Positions 36,226-48,200 of a stretch of DNA of 64,000 bases are shown here, piece by piece; position 1 is the stretch's first letter, and every line of letters begins with the position of its first letter. Location of the stretch: positions 124,001 through 188,000 of the forward strand of contig JBEWZL010000121.1 of the NCBI GenBank assembly GCA_045837725.1, read 5' to 3'. Below the pieces are notes generated by a model. That model saw nothing but the letters and a program-made list of their open reading frames with translations, made no database searches and was not told the DNA's origin. The DNA is from Vermamoeba vermiformis. Lineage: Eukaryota. Made by a program: the position numbers and the translations under genes.

Positions 36226-36299
36226 TAGCCGTTCCAGGCTTCGATCCTGGGCCCTTCGACTTATGAAAACGACGCTCTAACCTTCTGAGCTAAACGGCT
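36226..36299 (-). tRNA. tRNA-Met(CAT) with initiator-like A1:U72 and AUCG T-loop, atypical anticodon stem
   Basis: Reverse complement AGCCGTT TAGCTCAGAAGGTTAGAGCG TCGTT TT-CAT-AA GTCGA AGGGC CCAGG ATCGAAG CCTGG AACGGCT A, with T5 terminator. Confidence 0.82.
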
Positions 36300-36635
36300 G
36301 TCGTCGAGAAAAGAGCACTCGAATTGAAAGAGGCCGTCAAAAAGACGAACTCCAAGTGCGGTCCACGGCGCGAAGGGCAGGACCAGAGCGGCGGATGATT
36401 GATTCGTCGGTGAAGAGCAGCCAGACCGAAATTGGAAACGCACAAGTGACAGCAAGGCACATGCCTCACGAAAAAAACAGCAGTACAAATTAGATCCAAT
36501 ATAGTATTTGAACGACAGCTGTCACTTGATTGTTGAGAAAAAGGTAGGAAATTGGATCCGAGATCTGCGAGAAAAGTACGTATGTGACTTACGTCTTATA
36601 AGCAAGCATAGACAGTGTCGCTAATGTTGTTTTGT

Positions 36636-38439
36636 TTATTTTTGAGCTGTTTTCGCGTTGATCAATTCTTCAACGAACGATACTGGCCAGTCCATTGGTC
36701 CGTCGTTGCAGATCACAACATCGAACACTAAAACAACAATAAATTAGCAACTATTACTGCAAACTACCGTTATAATAATAATTCAGTATTAAAGTATTTT
36801 CGATTGCGTTTTTTTTACCTTTTTTGTAATGTTCGAGCAACTCGTCCACTTTATCGTTCAAGAATCCAATTCTCAAGCAGGTCTTAATGTCTTTAACACC
36901 CTCAGCCATATCAACGTCGTGAAGACTATCGCCCATCAATATAACGTTCTTTTTCTTCTCAATCTTTTTGAACCACGCCACGTTCTTTTCATTGGCAATC
37001 GCTTGTTCTTTTTTATTCAAAACATGAATAATAGGACCTGCAAAGATCATTTCCAAAATTAGAAATTGCCATATATGGTAATATAGTTAGTTTTAAACTT
37101 ACCGTCAAATCCGCTGATTAATCCTTGCTCGTTTTGTACTAAATGATTTGACACGACGTGCATGTTGGGATAAATAGCACCGGTACGTTGTCTATATAAT
37201 CCATATATTAGTATCATAGTATATATTGTAATAGTAGTATTATATTATGTTGTTACGTACGTAATAACCATCTCGATCAATTGAGTAATTCCTCCCGAGA
37301 AGATCAAAATGGGAATGTTGTGCTCGTTTGTCAATGAGAACAGCTTGTTGCAGCCTGAATATAGATCATTGTTAAGAAAATTTGCAATATTTACATATGA
37401 CGCGAGTCCTTCATGATAAATGAACTCGTGTTAAATTTACTTTACCTTTTCGAAGATCCAGCGGTGCTTCACGTACCATTTCTTCGAGCCAAGAAAACGA
37501 GATCTATATTAAACAATATTATTAGGAATGATGTAGGTATAAAAAGTAGAAGAAGGCTAGGAAGTGATTTGAGCGGTTTCGGTTGGTCACGTGATCCAGC
37601 CGAAACAAGCGAATAGAACTCATTTGAAAGAATGACTGTTCAAGATCGAGGAATACCTTTTCAGACACAATGAGGTCCTCAGCTTTCTGCCACCATTCAA
37701 CCATCTTTTTGAATTTTTCCTGCGAATAGTCGTTAGTCTCAAGAGGTTCATACACGTGGATCTGACGACACGTTAGAATAAGAATAACTTACTTCGTACG
37801 GATAATTAGGATCGACTTCAATAGGATAATATGTGTTGAAGAGTTCTTTAGTAGCTACGGAGTAACCAGGGCTTAATCGAGGAGATCGCTGAAGATCGTA
37901 CGTTAGTACCGTATTTTATTAGACTCGTGATTCTTTTCGAGAAAAATATCGAAATAAATTAAAAGCAAATATTTGAAATAAATTAAATAATTTTAGAAAA
38001 TATTGAACGAATTTTCGACTTCCAGGATCTTAGATCTTACCTCCAAAATTCCAAAAGTCGACAAGCTAGTCCTTCCATCGTCTAATTTATGTCTAGAAAC
38101 AGTTCTATCGAAGTCCAAGACCATTTGAATGCTGTCCAAGCCATCCGCGATCAACTGCTGCTTCTTTTGGTTGAACACCTCAGGGTTTGAAATAATGACT
38201 GGGAATTTATCGGTGGAAGGGTTGCTTGTTGCCATGGTGATGGGTGAATAAGATTGCTGCGTGGTGTTGCGAACAGATGTAGAATAAATTTTACGAGGAT
38301 AACTCGCGTGCCCCAAAAAATACCGTGTTCGGCTTGCTGGTTGTTCTATTGCCTCGCGATGCTTATTACCACGTGTTGTTATTGTTGTACTATTATGTCG
38401 TGATGCAAGCAACTGAGAGAACAAACGCAAGCTCCGCAT
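36636..38439 (-). CDS. NT5C3: Cytosolic/pyrimidine 5'-nucleotidase 3 (HAD family)
   Basis: MVLDFDRTVS, KMVEWWQKAE, IFSGGI, VVSNH, IIHVLNK, ILMGDSLHDVDMAEG, IGFLND, FDVVICND. Two in-frame ATGs (38439, 38235). Confidence 0.9.
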
Positions 38440-39257
38440 CGAAGGCTCGATGGCTGACAAAACAGATGAATATCTCCAAGGAGCTTATAGACCTCCCCAA
38501 CACAGCAATATAAATACCAAAAGGTAGTTGAATATCTATCGGGAGTGTTCGTTGAAAAGAGACTCGTGGTAATGTTTCCGTTGCAATTTAATTTTAATTT
38601 TTAAAAATCTTGATCAAATTATAAAAAATCTGAAACAACACCCCTTTTCGTTCCTCTAACGCACAATTAAACAGCAATATTATTAGCATGTAATCATACA
38701 TATGGCAAGCCAATTTGCTTCGGTACTGATTTCTTTTAGCGCATGCAAATTCTACTCTTTAACATCGTTTCTAAAGCGCATAAATAGCTCGGTTTCCATT
38801 AATTGTGTTCATATTCACCTAATTGCACGTTGACAACCTAGATAGATCCGTCACAGTGACGTGCGTTGCTAAATCTGCTGTTTGTTCCTCTAAAGCTCCC
38901 ATTTAAATTTCAATAACGTACACTCTTATCAATTCAACAATAGTACCGTTCTAGGAACTACAGCTAATCCACTTCGTTGAAGCGAGTTTAAAGTAACCAC
39001 GTGACAACTCTTGCCTAAAACAGGAAAAAAGATTCACTGTCAACTTAAATTTTGACTGGCTGTCAGCAAAGAAGATTTCATTATTCAACGAAAGCGTCAT
39101 TATTCAAAGCGCTTATCATAACGAATCAACGTCACGGTGAGTTAAACAAGTATTTAAACCTCAATTTGCATCAGTTTCTAATTAAGACTTTTGTAAACGA
39201 TAGCAAAACCACTTCACAAGCTCAGTTAGGTGGATGCGTATCATGCGACTTCATTCG

Positions 39258-42200
39258 ATGCGCTCATCACTACGGCTAGCACTACTCATGGTAGTGTTGG
39301 CAGTTGCTGTTAATGCTGTCACATTGAACTACAAAAGCGGTCAGATCTACTCTTACAAGTATCGTGCTGAACATATCACTCGAGATCGAGATGATCAAGG
39401 TGGTTTTCAGACCAGCTCTGGCACAGCACACGAGGTACGTATTAACTCACTAAATATTATGCTAATTAGCAACTTATTTATTTATTTTGGTTCCTTTAGA
39501 TCCTCGCGGATATTCTCATCGTCGGCAGTTCTTCATCGGAGTTTTATTGCCAAATGGACATTATTGGCATGAAGATATTCTCCTATGAGAACGTTTCTAA
39601 GCGCTTTGAGGAAGATTACGAGCATAGCCCAGTTCTCGAATCGATGATGAAACAATACTCGTTGTATTTTTCATTAACGATTAATGGCGAGATCTTCAAC
39701 ATTCTAGCGCACGACAGCGAGCCTTTGACGACGCTGAACTTGAAGCGTGGCCTTCTTAGCTCCTTGCAGACTAAGCTCTTGTCTGGCGAAGAGCTGAAGA
39801 AGCGATCTGCCGGAGAAAATGGTCTTGAACCTCTTACTGCTCAGGAGACCGATGTGGCTGGTAAGTCTTAGTAAATGATCCTTCGTTGGACAAGTCTATA
39901 ATGTTTTAGAATTCGGTCATGTTTCAAAATCCTCGTTGACGTTTTGACTTACTGGATCTGTGCATCTAGGTGAGTGTCCGACTTCATTCAACTATGAGGA
40001 AGACCAAAACACCAACCACTTGGTCATCAAGAAGCAGAAGAATCCTGTCAACTGCTCTCGCCGCCCTTTGAAAATCAAATCGAAATCCCGATCTCAGTTC
40101 AACGAGCCTGAAGTCCGTTCGAACATTGAGGGATATCATAAAGTCGATTTGAACTCACAAGTCATCACTCGTTCAACTATGAAGGAAGAGCACGTGATGA
40201 CTCCCATCGAACAGGGCATCCGTGGCTTGTCTACTCACGTCTCAACATTCTTGAAGCTTCTTAAAGTCAAAGAGTCTCCCAACAAACGTAGCTTGGCCGT
40301 GCATTCTGACTGGAATTCACTCCTCAAGTTTGTCAAGAGATCGCATCCGATCAAGGTTGCTGACTTGGTTTTCGAGCACGAAGATGAAACCGACGAACCT
40401 CCTAAGTGGCTCAAGTAAGTACTCAAAAAAAAGATTCGCTACCGGTATACTGCCGTAATGACTGAAAATTAACTAACGATTGCACAACAGACGAAATGTC
40501 GAGGACGAATCGGAGAAACTTGAGCAAAACTGGTTGTCAGTGAAAGAGCTCGCTGAAATCTCTGTCCTTCATCCCAGATCCGACCTTAGCCGCGCTAACT
40601 TCGAGAAGATTGTTGCTGCCTTCAAGCAACAGCCTGGCCTCGTTTCATATGCTGTCGAGCAAGTGAAACAAGACTGCTGCAACAACGGCACTATTGCAAT
40701 CTTAATCGATGTGTTCGTGCGGATCAATACTAAGCAGTCCATCGATGCAATCATTAACGAGTTCTACATTTCTGGTAAGTCGGTATCATTGATTTAAGAT
40801 ACGATGAACTTTTGACAGCCATCAAACTTTTGCAAATAATTTGTGATCTGATTCGGTCTATTTTTAGAAACCTTTTCGGAAACCATCCGAATTCGCGCCA
40901 TTCAAACACTTAGCTTCGTGTTGCGCCCTTCGATTGATTGGCTCGAGCCTCTCTATCAACGCATCTCCTTCCCTATGGAATCGATCCTCGAAAAGCAATT
41001 GGTCTTGACTGTTGGTGGTTCTATTCGCCGCTTCCTTCACAGCAATCCTGACAAGTTCTCGTCTGTCCAACCAATGATTGACGGTCTTCTTAAGGTCATG
41101 AAGTCAACGCAGATCATCAGCGGACAAGATTGTTCTGATTCGTGCCCTCGGTAACACGGCCTCCGACTACGTGATCAACGACATCATCCCGGCTTTAGAG
41201 AGCTTTGACGAGCCCCGTCTTCAATTGGCAGCGATCAGTGCCTTAGACAAAGTGCTCAAAGACGCTACTGAGAAGAAATCCATCGATAAGACCAAGGCTG
41301 CTTTGTTAGAGACCTACTTCGATCGCTTGAACACGTTGGAAGTGCGCATGCAAGTCATCAAGGTCTTGTTGCACTCCAACCCTCAAGTGTTGAGCGGTGA
41401 AGACATTGAGTACTTGGTGGACTCGCTCACTATTGAGGCACAATGGGAGGCTGGCGAGTACTTGATTAGCAGTCTTCGCTCGGCATCTCAGAAGGAAGTC
41501 ATCGTTGCTTCTCATCTCCGTAGATTACACGACAACTCGACTTCAATTTGGCGCCATGACATTCAGATCCCTCGTGACCAGTACTTCATGCAACTTCAGA
41601 GCAGAAAGCGTGACATTATCAATGAGCTCCTCGGTGACGTAAGTCTTCAATAGGTTTCGTATTGAATGTGGATTGACACGTGTCACTAGGCTATCGGCAA
41701 GGACCGGTTCAACGTCGACTTTGGCGAGTGTAATGCCAAGAACCTCAAGATTGGTGGTAACGCCTTCGGTGCTAGTTTCAGTGCTAGTAAGTACAGTTTG
41801 CAGTTACAATGTTCGGTTCGAGATCTAATACATTTGATAGCCTTCTGTAACGTCGCCAAGGCCAAGTGGCCCATCTTCGGTTTCCCCACTGTTCTATTGA
41901 AAGCTGAAGATCGTGTCACTGCCGAAGCACATGCTCTCGGTTTCAAGATCACTTTCTGCGACATTGGTGTTGATATGGGTGCTCAAACTGGTACCTGGAT
42001 CCCAGGCATTGAGACGATGAAGAAACGAGCAGCCTTGCCCGCGAAGCGCTCCATTGAAGAGGTCCAAAAGAACTTGTTTGGCTTCAGTGGCCCCGAGATC
42101 TCGTGCCCTTCACAACTTCCTGTCAACTGCGGTGTTGGCAAATGCACTTCCACAGTTGAAGAGTGTATCATGGTCCGCGGTATTGAGCTCGCTAAGGCCG

Positions 42201-45200
42201 GTAAGTATAATATTGTACGACTTCGTAAGCCAAGCACTAACCGATCGCTTAGCCCAATGGAACTTCTTGACGGACATTACTTCGATCACCTCTTTCAAGT
42301 ACTGCACTCCTAAGAATAACGGTGCAACTGATTGCACGAGCGTGAACTCAACCAAAACTGATCTCGATGAGTGGTTGCCCGAAGGGTACGTCGACAACTT
42401 CCTTTGCGCTTGTGATGCAATTCCTGATGACACGAACCTGGCTAATTGTAAGTCACTAACGGCTTATTTATTTTGATCAATACTGACTTAACTTGAAGCC
42501 TCGTACATTGGCTCCAACATTTGCGTCAAGAAAGCCATTCAAGACAGGTTGTTGAACGGCTATGACGCAGACAAGGCCGGCTACAAGCAATTGAAGGACG
42601 ACTTGGCCAAAGACATTGCCAAGGTCAAGCAAGATTATGACGACTTGGTTGCCTTGAACCCTGACTTCGCCAATCCCTTCATGCTCGAACTCTCTATTCG
42701 AGCATTGAAGGACCTCTACTTCGTTCAAATCACTCCTCTGATGACTCAATTGGCTCAAGACTGGATTGATGCCTACAAGGACTGTTGTTGCACGACCTCA
42801 CCGTAAGTGTTGTGCCTTGACTCACCCCGCGCTCGACATTTTGCTAATGATCTTTGTAGGACTTGGTTCTCGGCTTGGCTCGCTGCTGTTCGAGTAAACT
42901 TGAAGAAAGAACTCGGTACTCCTGGCTGCGACTTCATCAAGAAGAACTTCGAGACATTCGCGTGGTGCGATGACAAGCGTACTCTGATCAACCCTGTCAT
43001 CAAGGACGAGTACTTCTTCGTCATTCTCGAAGTTGATATGATCGAGCAGCTCTTCGACTTGCCGGGTGATGCTACTGGCCATCACCATCTGTTCAAAGGC
43101 AAGCGATCTGGCGACAACGATTTGCCCGACATCAACCCCGATGACTTCAAGGACGGCTGCTTGACTGGCAAGTTGAAGGGTCCTGATGAGGTGACCGGAA
43201 ACATCCAATTGTTCCACTACTCGTACTCCATTCCTGTCTACTCTGGCATCTTCCTCGACTTCGATTTTGGTGCTGGCTTGAACTACGGCATCAACTTCAC
43301 TGTTGACTTCTGCTTCCTGTCGATGCAAGCCAGCGCCCGAGGAGGACCTTATGGTGCTGTCACTGCTTCCGTCTCAGCTGCCATCTCATTCTTCATTATT
43401 CGAGCTGGTGTTGAAGTCCAAGCGACACTTCTTGCCACCCAAATCCCCGCTACTGCCTCTATCAAGCTCTTGGAATGGCCTTTGCAAATGTGCTTCACTT
43501 TAGATCGCATTACAACCCCACTATCAGTGACGGTCTCAGTCTTCTTCCAAATCAGATGGAAGATCGTCTTCCTTGGCTTAGACTGGGGTGACAAGATCAA
43601 GTACCCAATCGGAGGTTGGTCCATGGATCCAATTGCCGACAACATCCTCACTACCTGTCAAAAGAAAGAGGCTCCTGTGCCTAAGGGCATCACTAAGCTC
43701 ATCGAGTTAGACGAGGACGAGCTGCTACAGGATGTGCACGTGGACATGCAAGACGATAAGCGTGGCAGTGTATTGTTACACGCTCGTGGTGCTGGTACCG
43801 TGACGATCAAGGATTCCAATCAAGGCACTTTTGATTACAAGCCCGTTGCCTTCAGCGACAAGGCTGTAAGTTATATCATCTAGTACGCTTTTGTTCCTAA
43901 CATTCATGTGCAGGACCAATTCACCTTCGTCGCCACGGACGGTGAAGTGACATCTCCTCCTACAACCGTAAACTTCAAGATCTATCCTATCGCCAACACT
44001 CCCAAGATTTCTGTGAAGCAAGCACAAGGCTGGGAAGGTAAGTCTTGAGCTCGATTGTCATCGTCTTATATTGCACGCGTTCTAATACTGTTCTCAGACG
44101 CTGGACCAATCTCCTTGAATGTTGTTGCAAACCTCACGGACGTTGATGGTTCCGAAAGCTTGTCTGTCGTTATTTGCAACTGCTTCGAGTCCAATCAAGA
44201 CAACGACGTCAAGGGTGATCGTTGCGACAACTGCCCGTTTACCGCTAACGACGATCAAGTCGACACTGACGGCGATGGCGTTGGTGATGCTTGCTGTGAA
44301 AGCAAGTTGCGAGCTTGGTGGAAGTTCGACGAGACTATGGGCACGTACGCCGCTGACTCCAGTCAGTTCGGAAACCACATGAAGATTATGGGTGGTCGCT
44401 GGAACCAGACTGATGCCAGAAGCAAGGGCAGCTTGAATATGGCTTATACTAAGACTAAGGTTAAGCCCAACGAGATCAACTCGCTCGGCTTTAACTATAC
44501 CTTCTCCATCTCTCTTTGGCACAAGATTGACACTACACGAGCCCTATCACATGCTTCTATCCCTCTCATTCGAAGGTACGCCGCAGAGCAAGATATTATA
44601 TTTGCGGAGTCCTAATTAAATGCTCAGAGTGCATTCTGATCGCGGAGATGCCTGGTCTTTAAGCGTCACGCAAATATCTGGCTTCATTTGGTACAGCTTC
44701 TATGGTGGTGGAGGCGGATGGAATTCAGACACGATCTACCCTGTCAATCCAACGCAATGGCACCACGTAGTTTTGACTGTTACTCCCGGTCAACAACCGT
44801 TGTTTTATTTTGACGGTCAATTGAAGACTAGCTCGAACGCACCAGTGTTCAATGGCCCGTTGAACTCCCGTCCCAGTGATTACATGGTCTTGGGCGATCA
44901 ACAAGCCTTCTTCGGTCAGTTGGACGATGTTCAAATCTACCTTGACTTCCTGCCTGCCAATCACGTCAGATTCTTGTATCAATATCCTGGCAAGCGCTTG
45001 GCTGCTGGCGACGTCGATAAGGACGGCATTGGTGATATGTGTGGTACGTAGATGGAATTGGATTTAGATTGTAGCTAACTCTTTGCACCTGCAGACACGT
45101 GCCCTGGCCGATACAACCCTGATCAAGGAGACGTCAAGGACGCGTGCTGTTTGCGAGTAGCTCACGTCTTCTCTGAAGAGAAATTTGGCACTGACCAATC

Positions 45201-48200
45201 AGGCTTCAACAACGACATTGTTACCTACCACACTTCGTTCACTGACAACGCACCCAACAGCAACGTACGAGCCTTGAAGTTGAATGACACGTACTCCTTC
45301 GCGTACATTCAGAACGGTCCTGACTCCAGCTTCTCGTTCTCTGGCGTTGCTTCAGTTTCGCTCTGGTACAAGATTGACTCGGACGCTAAGGTGTTGCCTG
45401 GAACTGATATGAACTTGGCTTACTATCTTAACCCCACAAGTAAGTTGCATAACGAAAGCTATTGATATTTCCGGTACTAATCAATATGCAGCTAACTTGG
45501 GTTGGGTTATTGGTCTCCGTTTCTACAACGACTCTCTGCAATATCGCATTGTGATCAAGTCCTACCGCGGCTATGTCAACAATCAGTCGGCCATACTCGA
45601 GATTCTCCGCCCTGAAAGAGAGCTCTACTTGACAATGAAGTTCGGAGAATGGAACCACCTCGTGGTCAACATGCCTGGCAACGATCCGAACGTTGTAACC
45701 GCCGTTGTAGCCGCTGTTCCCGATGTTTACTTGAACCAGCAGCTCTTGCTTGGCAGAAGCAGACAGTTGCTTAAGAACGAAGACAACTGGCCTTACAACA
45801 TCATTCTCGGTGGCAACTTCTACGTCAACACCTCTGTCGCAAGACTTTCACTCGATGAGTTCTTGCTCTTCAGCAGACTAATGAACGCAACTGACGTCGG
45901 ATACCTTTACGGCAGCAAATGGCCTTGTCACGGTAAGCGAATGCAATCAATCAGCAGTAAGTGCATTAGATTAATCTCGTGCTTCAGATCCTATCGTGTC
46001 GGGTGGTAACAAATGGAAGAAGCGCGATGTCCAAGGAGAGGACTTGGATAACCCCAAGAACACGCTCTGCGGTTGTGGCTTGTACCTCGATGAAGGTGCC
46101 CAGTTCTTGTCCAACAACGTGCCAATTGACCCCTCAAATGTTTCTCCTGCTCAACTCGCTCATCTGCAGTTCAAGGCTGCACCCGATGCTTCTGGAGATT
46201 TCTGCTTCATGATGAATGCAGTTGCTGAGGAAGCTAACGAGCCTCAGATCCACAAGAACAAATGGGCGACTACTGGCAAGCCTCTGCAAATCACTATCTT
46301 CCCCGTCAACGACGCACCTAAGATTAAACCCGATTCTGCCGCTCTCATTCAGAGAAACGGTACATCTGGCAATCCTTACTACGAGTTCTACGACCTTTCA
46401 ATTGAAGACGTGGACGCAGAAGAAGGCGCTATTACCGTTCAGATCCAGACCTCAGATCCGATTAGCAACTTCTACTTCAATCAAGACGGCAGTCTTTACT
46501 ACACCTTCCACCTTGACTCGTCTAGCCGAGTGTTGACTTTGATGGTAAGAGCTTAAGAATGACTCAACATTCGGATGCTAACACGTGTAATAGGGATCAT
46601 TGGAGTCAATTAATGACGCATTGTACGGCTTTTCTTTGACTTGGAACAGTTCTTCAGTCACTACGACAACGGTCACTATCAGTGTTCACGACAACGGAAA
46701 TACTGGCTTCGATAGCGCTCCTGGGCCTAACAGCAAGCGCTCAGTTGAGGCTGATTTGAGTGACGCGCAACAGTTCTACCTTTCTGCCGTCAACCCGTTC
46801 TTCCCTGTTCCTGCTGCGAAGGTTTTCGACGCCAACAGCACTAACTTCAATGGTGTCATTTTGCTCGTAAACGGCTGGATTAGCGGCTCGTTGATGCAAA
46901 CGATTGGCGTTCCCGTCCAGATCCAAGTCAACAGACCTGATCTCCTTGACAGCAAAGTCATGCTCCGATTGTGGTGCGGTAACGATGGCTTACTCACGCT
47001 GAACGTTACCAACACTCCTGGCCTCACTCTCGAAACTTGGCCTTCCCAACTCCGCTTGTCTGGCACTGTTTCAACCCTCCAATCAATTCTCTACGGCTTG
47101 AACTACCAGCCCAAGGGACTGTTCTGCGGCTCTGACAAGATCTTTGTTGAAATGAACGATGTCGAAGGCCACCCTCTCATGAGCAATGCCATCGAAGTGA
47201 CTGTTTTGTGCATCGCTTCGCCTCCTGAACTTCTGGTCAACAACACTACTGGCGACGAAGACCAGCCTTTGAAATTGACTTCGTTGCAAGTTAATCCTTC
47301 TAATCCTGGCCAGGTCATCAGCGTCGAGCTCTACAACGTGCCTGAAGGTTTCAAAGTCGCTCCTGCTCATTACGACGCTTCTCGCAAGAAGTGGAACTTG
47401 CAGCTTAAGAATGTCGCCACGCCTAACGACAAAATCGTAAGTCGAAATCTTCTTCTTTCGTTCCAACATCTGACACGGATACAGGTTATCAATCCCAATG
47501 TTATCATTCCCGACTTGAACCCGAAGTTCCGTCTGGATTGGATCTGGGACTCTACCCCTCGAGTCATTCCTCCTCCCAACTTCAACGGTCAAATCACTAT
47601 CAACATCACGGCTATTGGTCAACAGAAGGGTATTCCTAGCGACGTCATGACGAGCAAGTTGGTCACGCTCACTTTCGCTCCTGTGAACGATGCTCCTTCG
47701 GTCTTCACTCCCCTTCATTTGTTCGTCACTGAGAACTTGGACACGCCTGTCAACAAGATCACGATTGCTCCTCCTTACACCCAGAACTCCATTCAGTTCT
47801 CTGACTTGGACTTGACTCCCGCTCAATACTCTGATCCCAGCTTCATCTTCACATTGAGATTCAAGCCTGGTCTTATCAACGGACCTTGGTGGACTTACGT
47901 CTTGTTCATGGACACGGCCTCTGGTACTTGGACCGTTGGCGATCAACCCGACGTTGTTTACGACGGTAAGTCACACGTACTTTTGGTGTACTTCAACGTT
48001 GCTTAATGAATTCTTTTATAGCCACTGGTTTCACGATGAACGGAACATTGGCACGTATCACCGAAGTGATGGCCAATCTGACCTTCACTCCGGACCCACA
48101 CAGCTTTGGTATTGTGCGACGTGACATTGAGCTCACGGACAACGGCAACTTCGGTTCAGGTCCTTCGTTGACGTACACTGGTCACATCGCCATTCAAGTC

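Noticed and set aside
37576-37606. Hairpin TTTCGGTTGG-TCACGTGAT-CCAGCCGAAA in an NT5C3 intron
   Set aside because: A single short inverted repeat with no snoRNA boxes and no second copy in the window.
42822-47946. Long antisense ORFs (42822-43328, 47083-47946; likewise 60885-61493)
   Set aside because: Shadow ORFs produced by codon bias of the opposite-strand genes.
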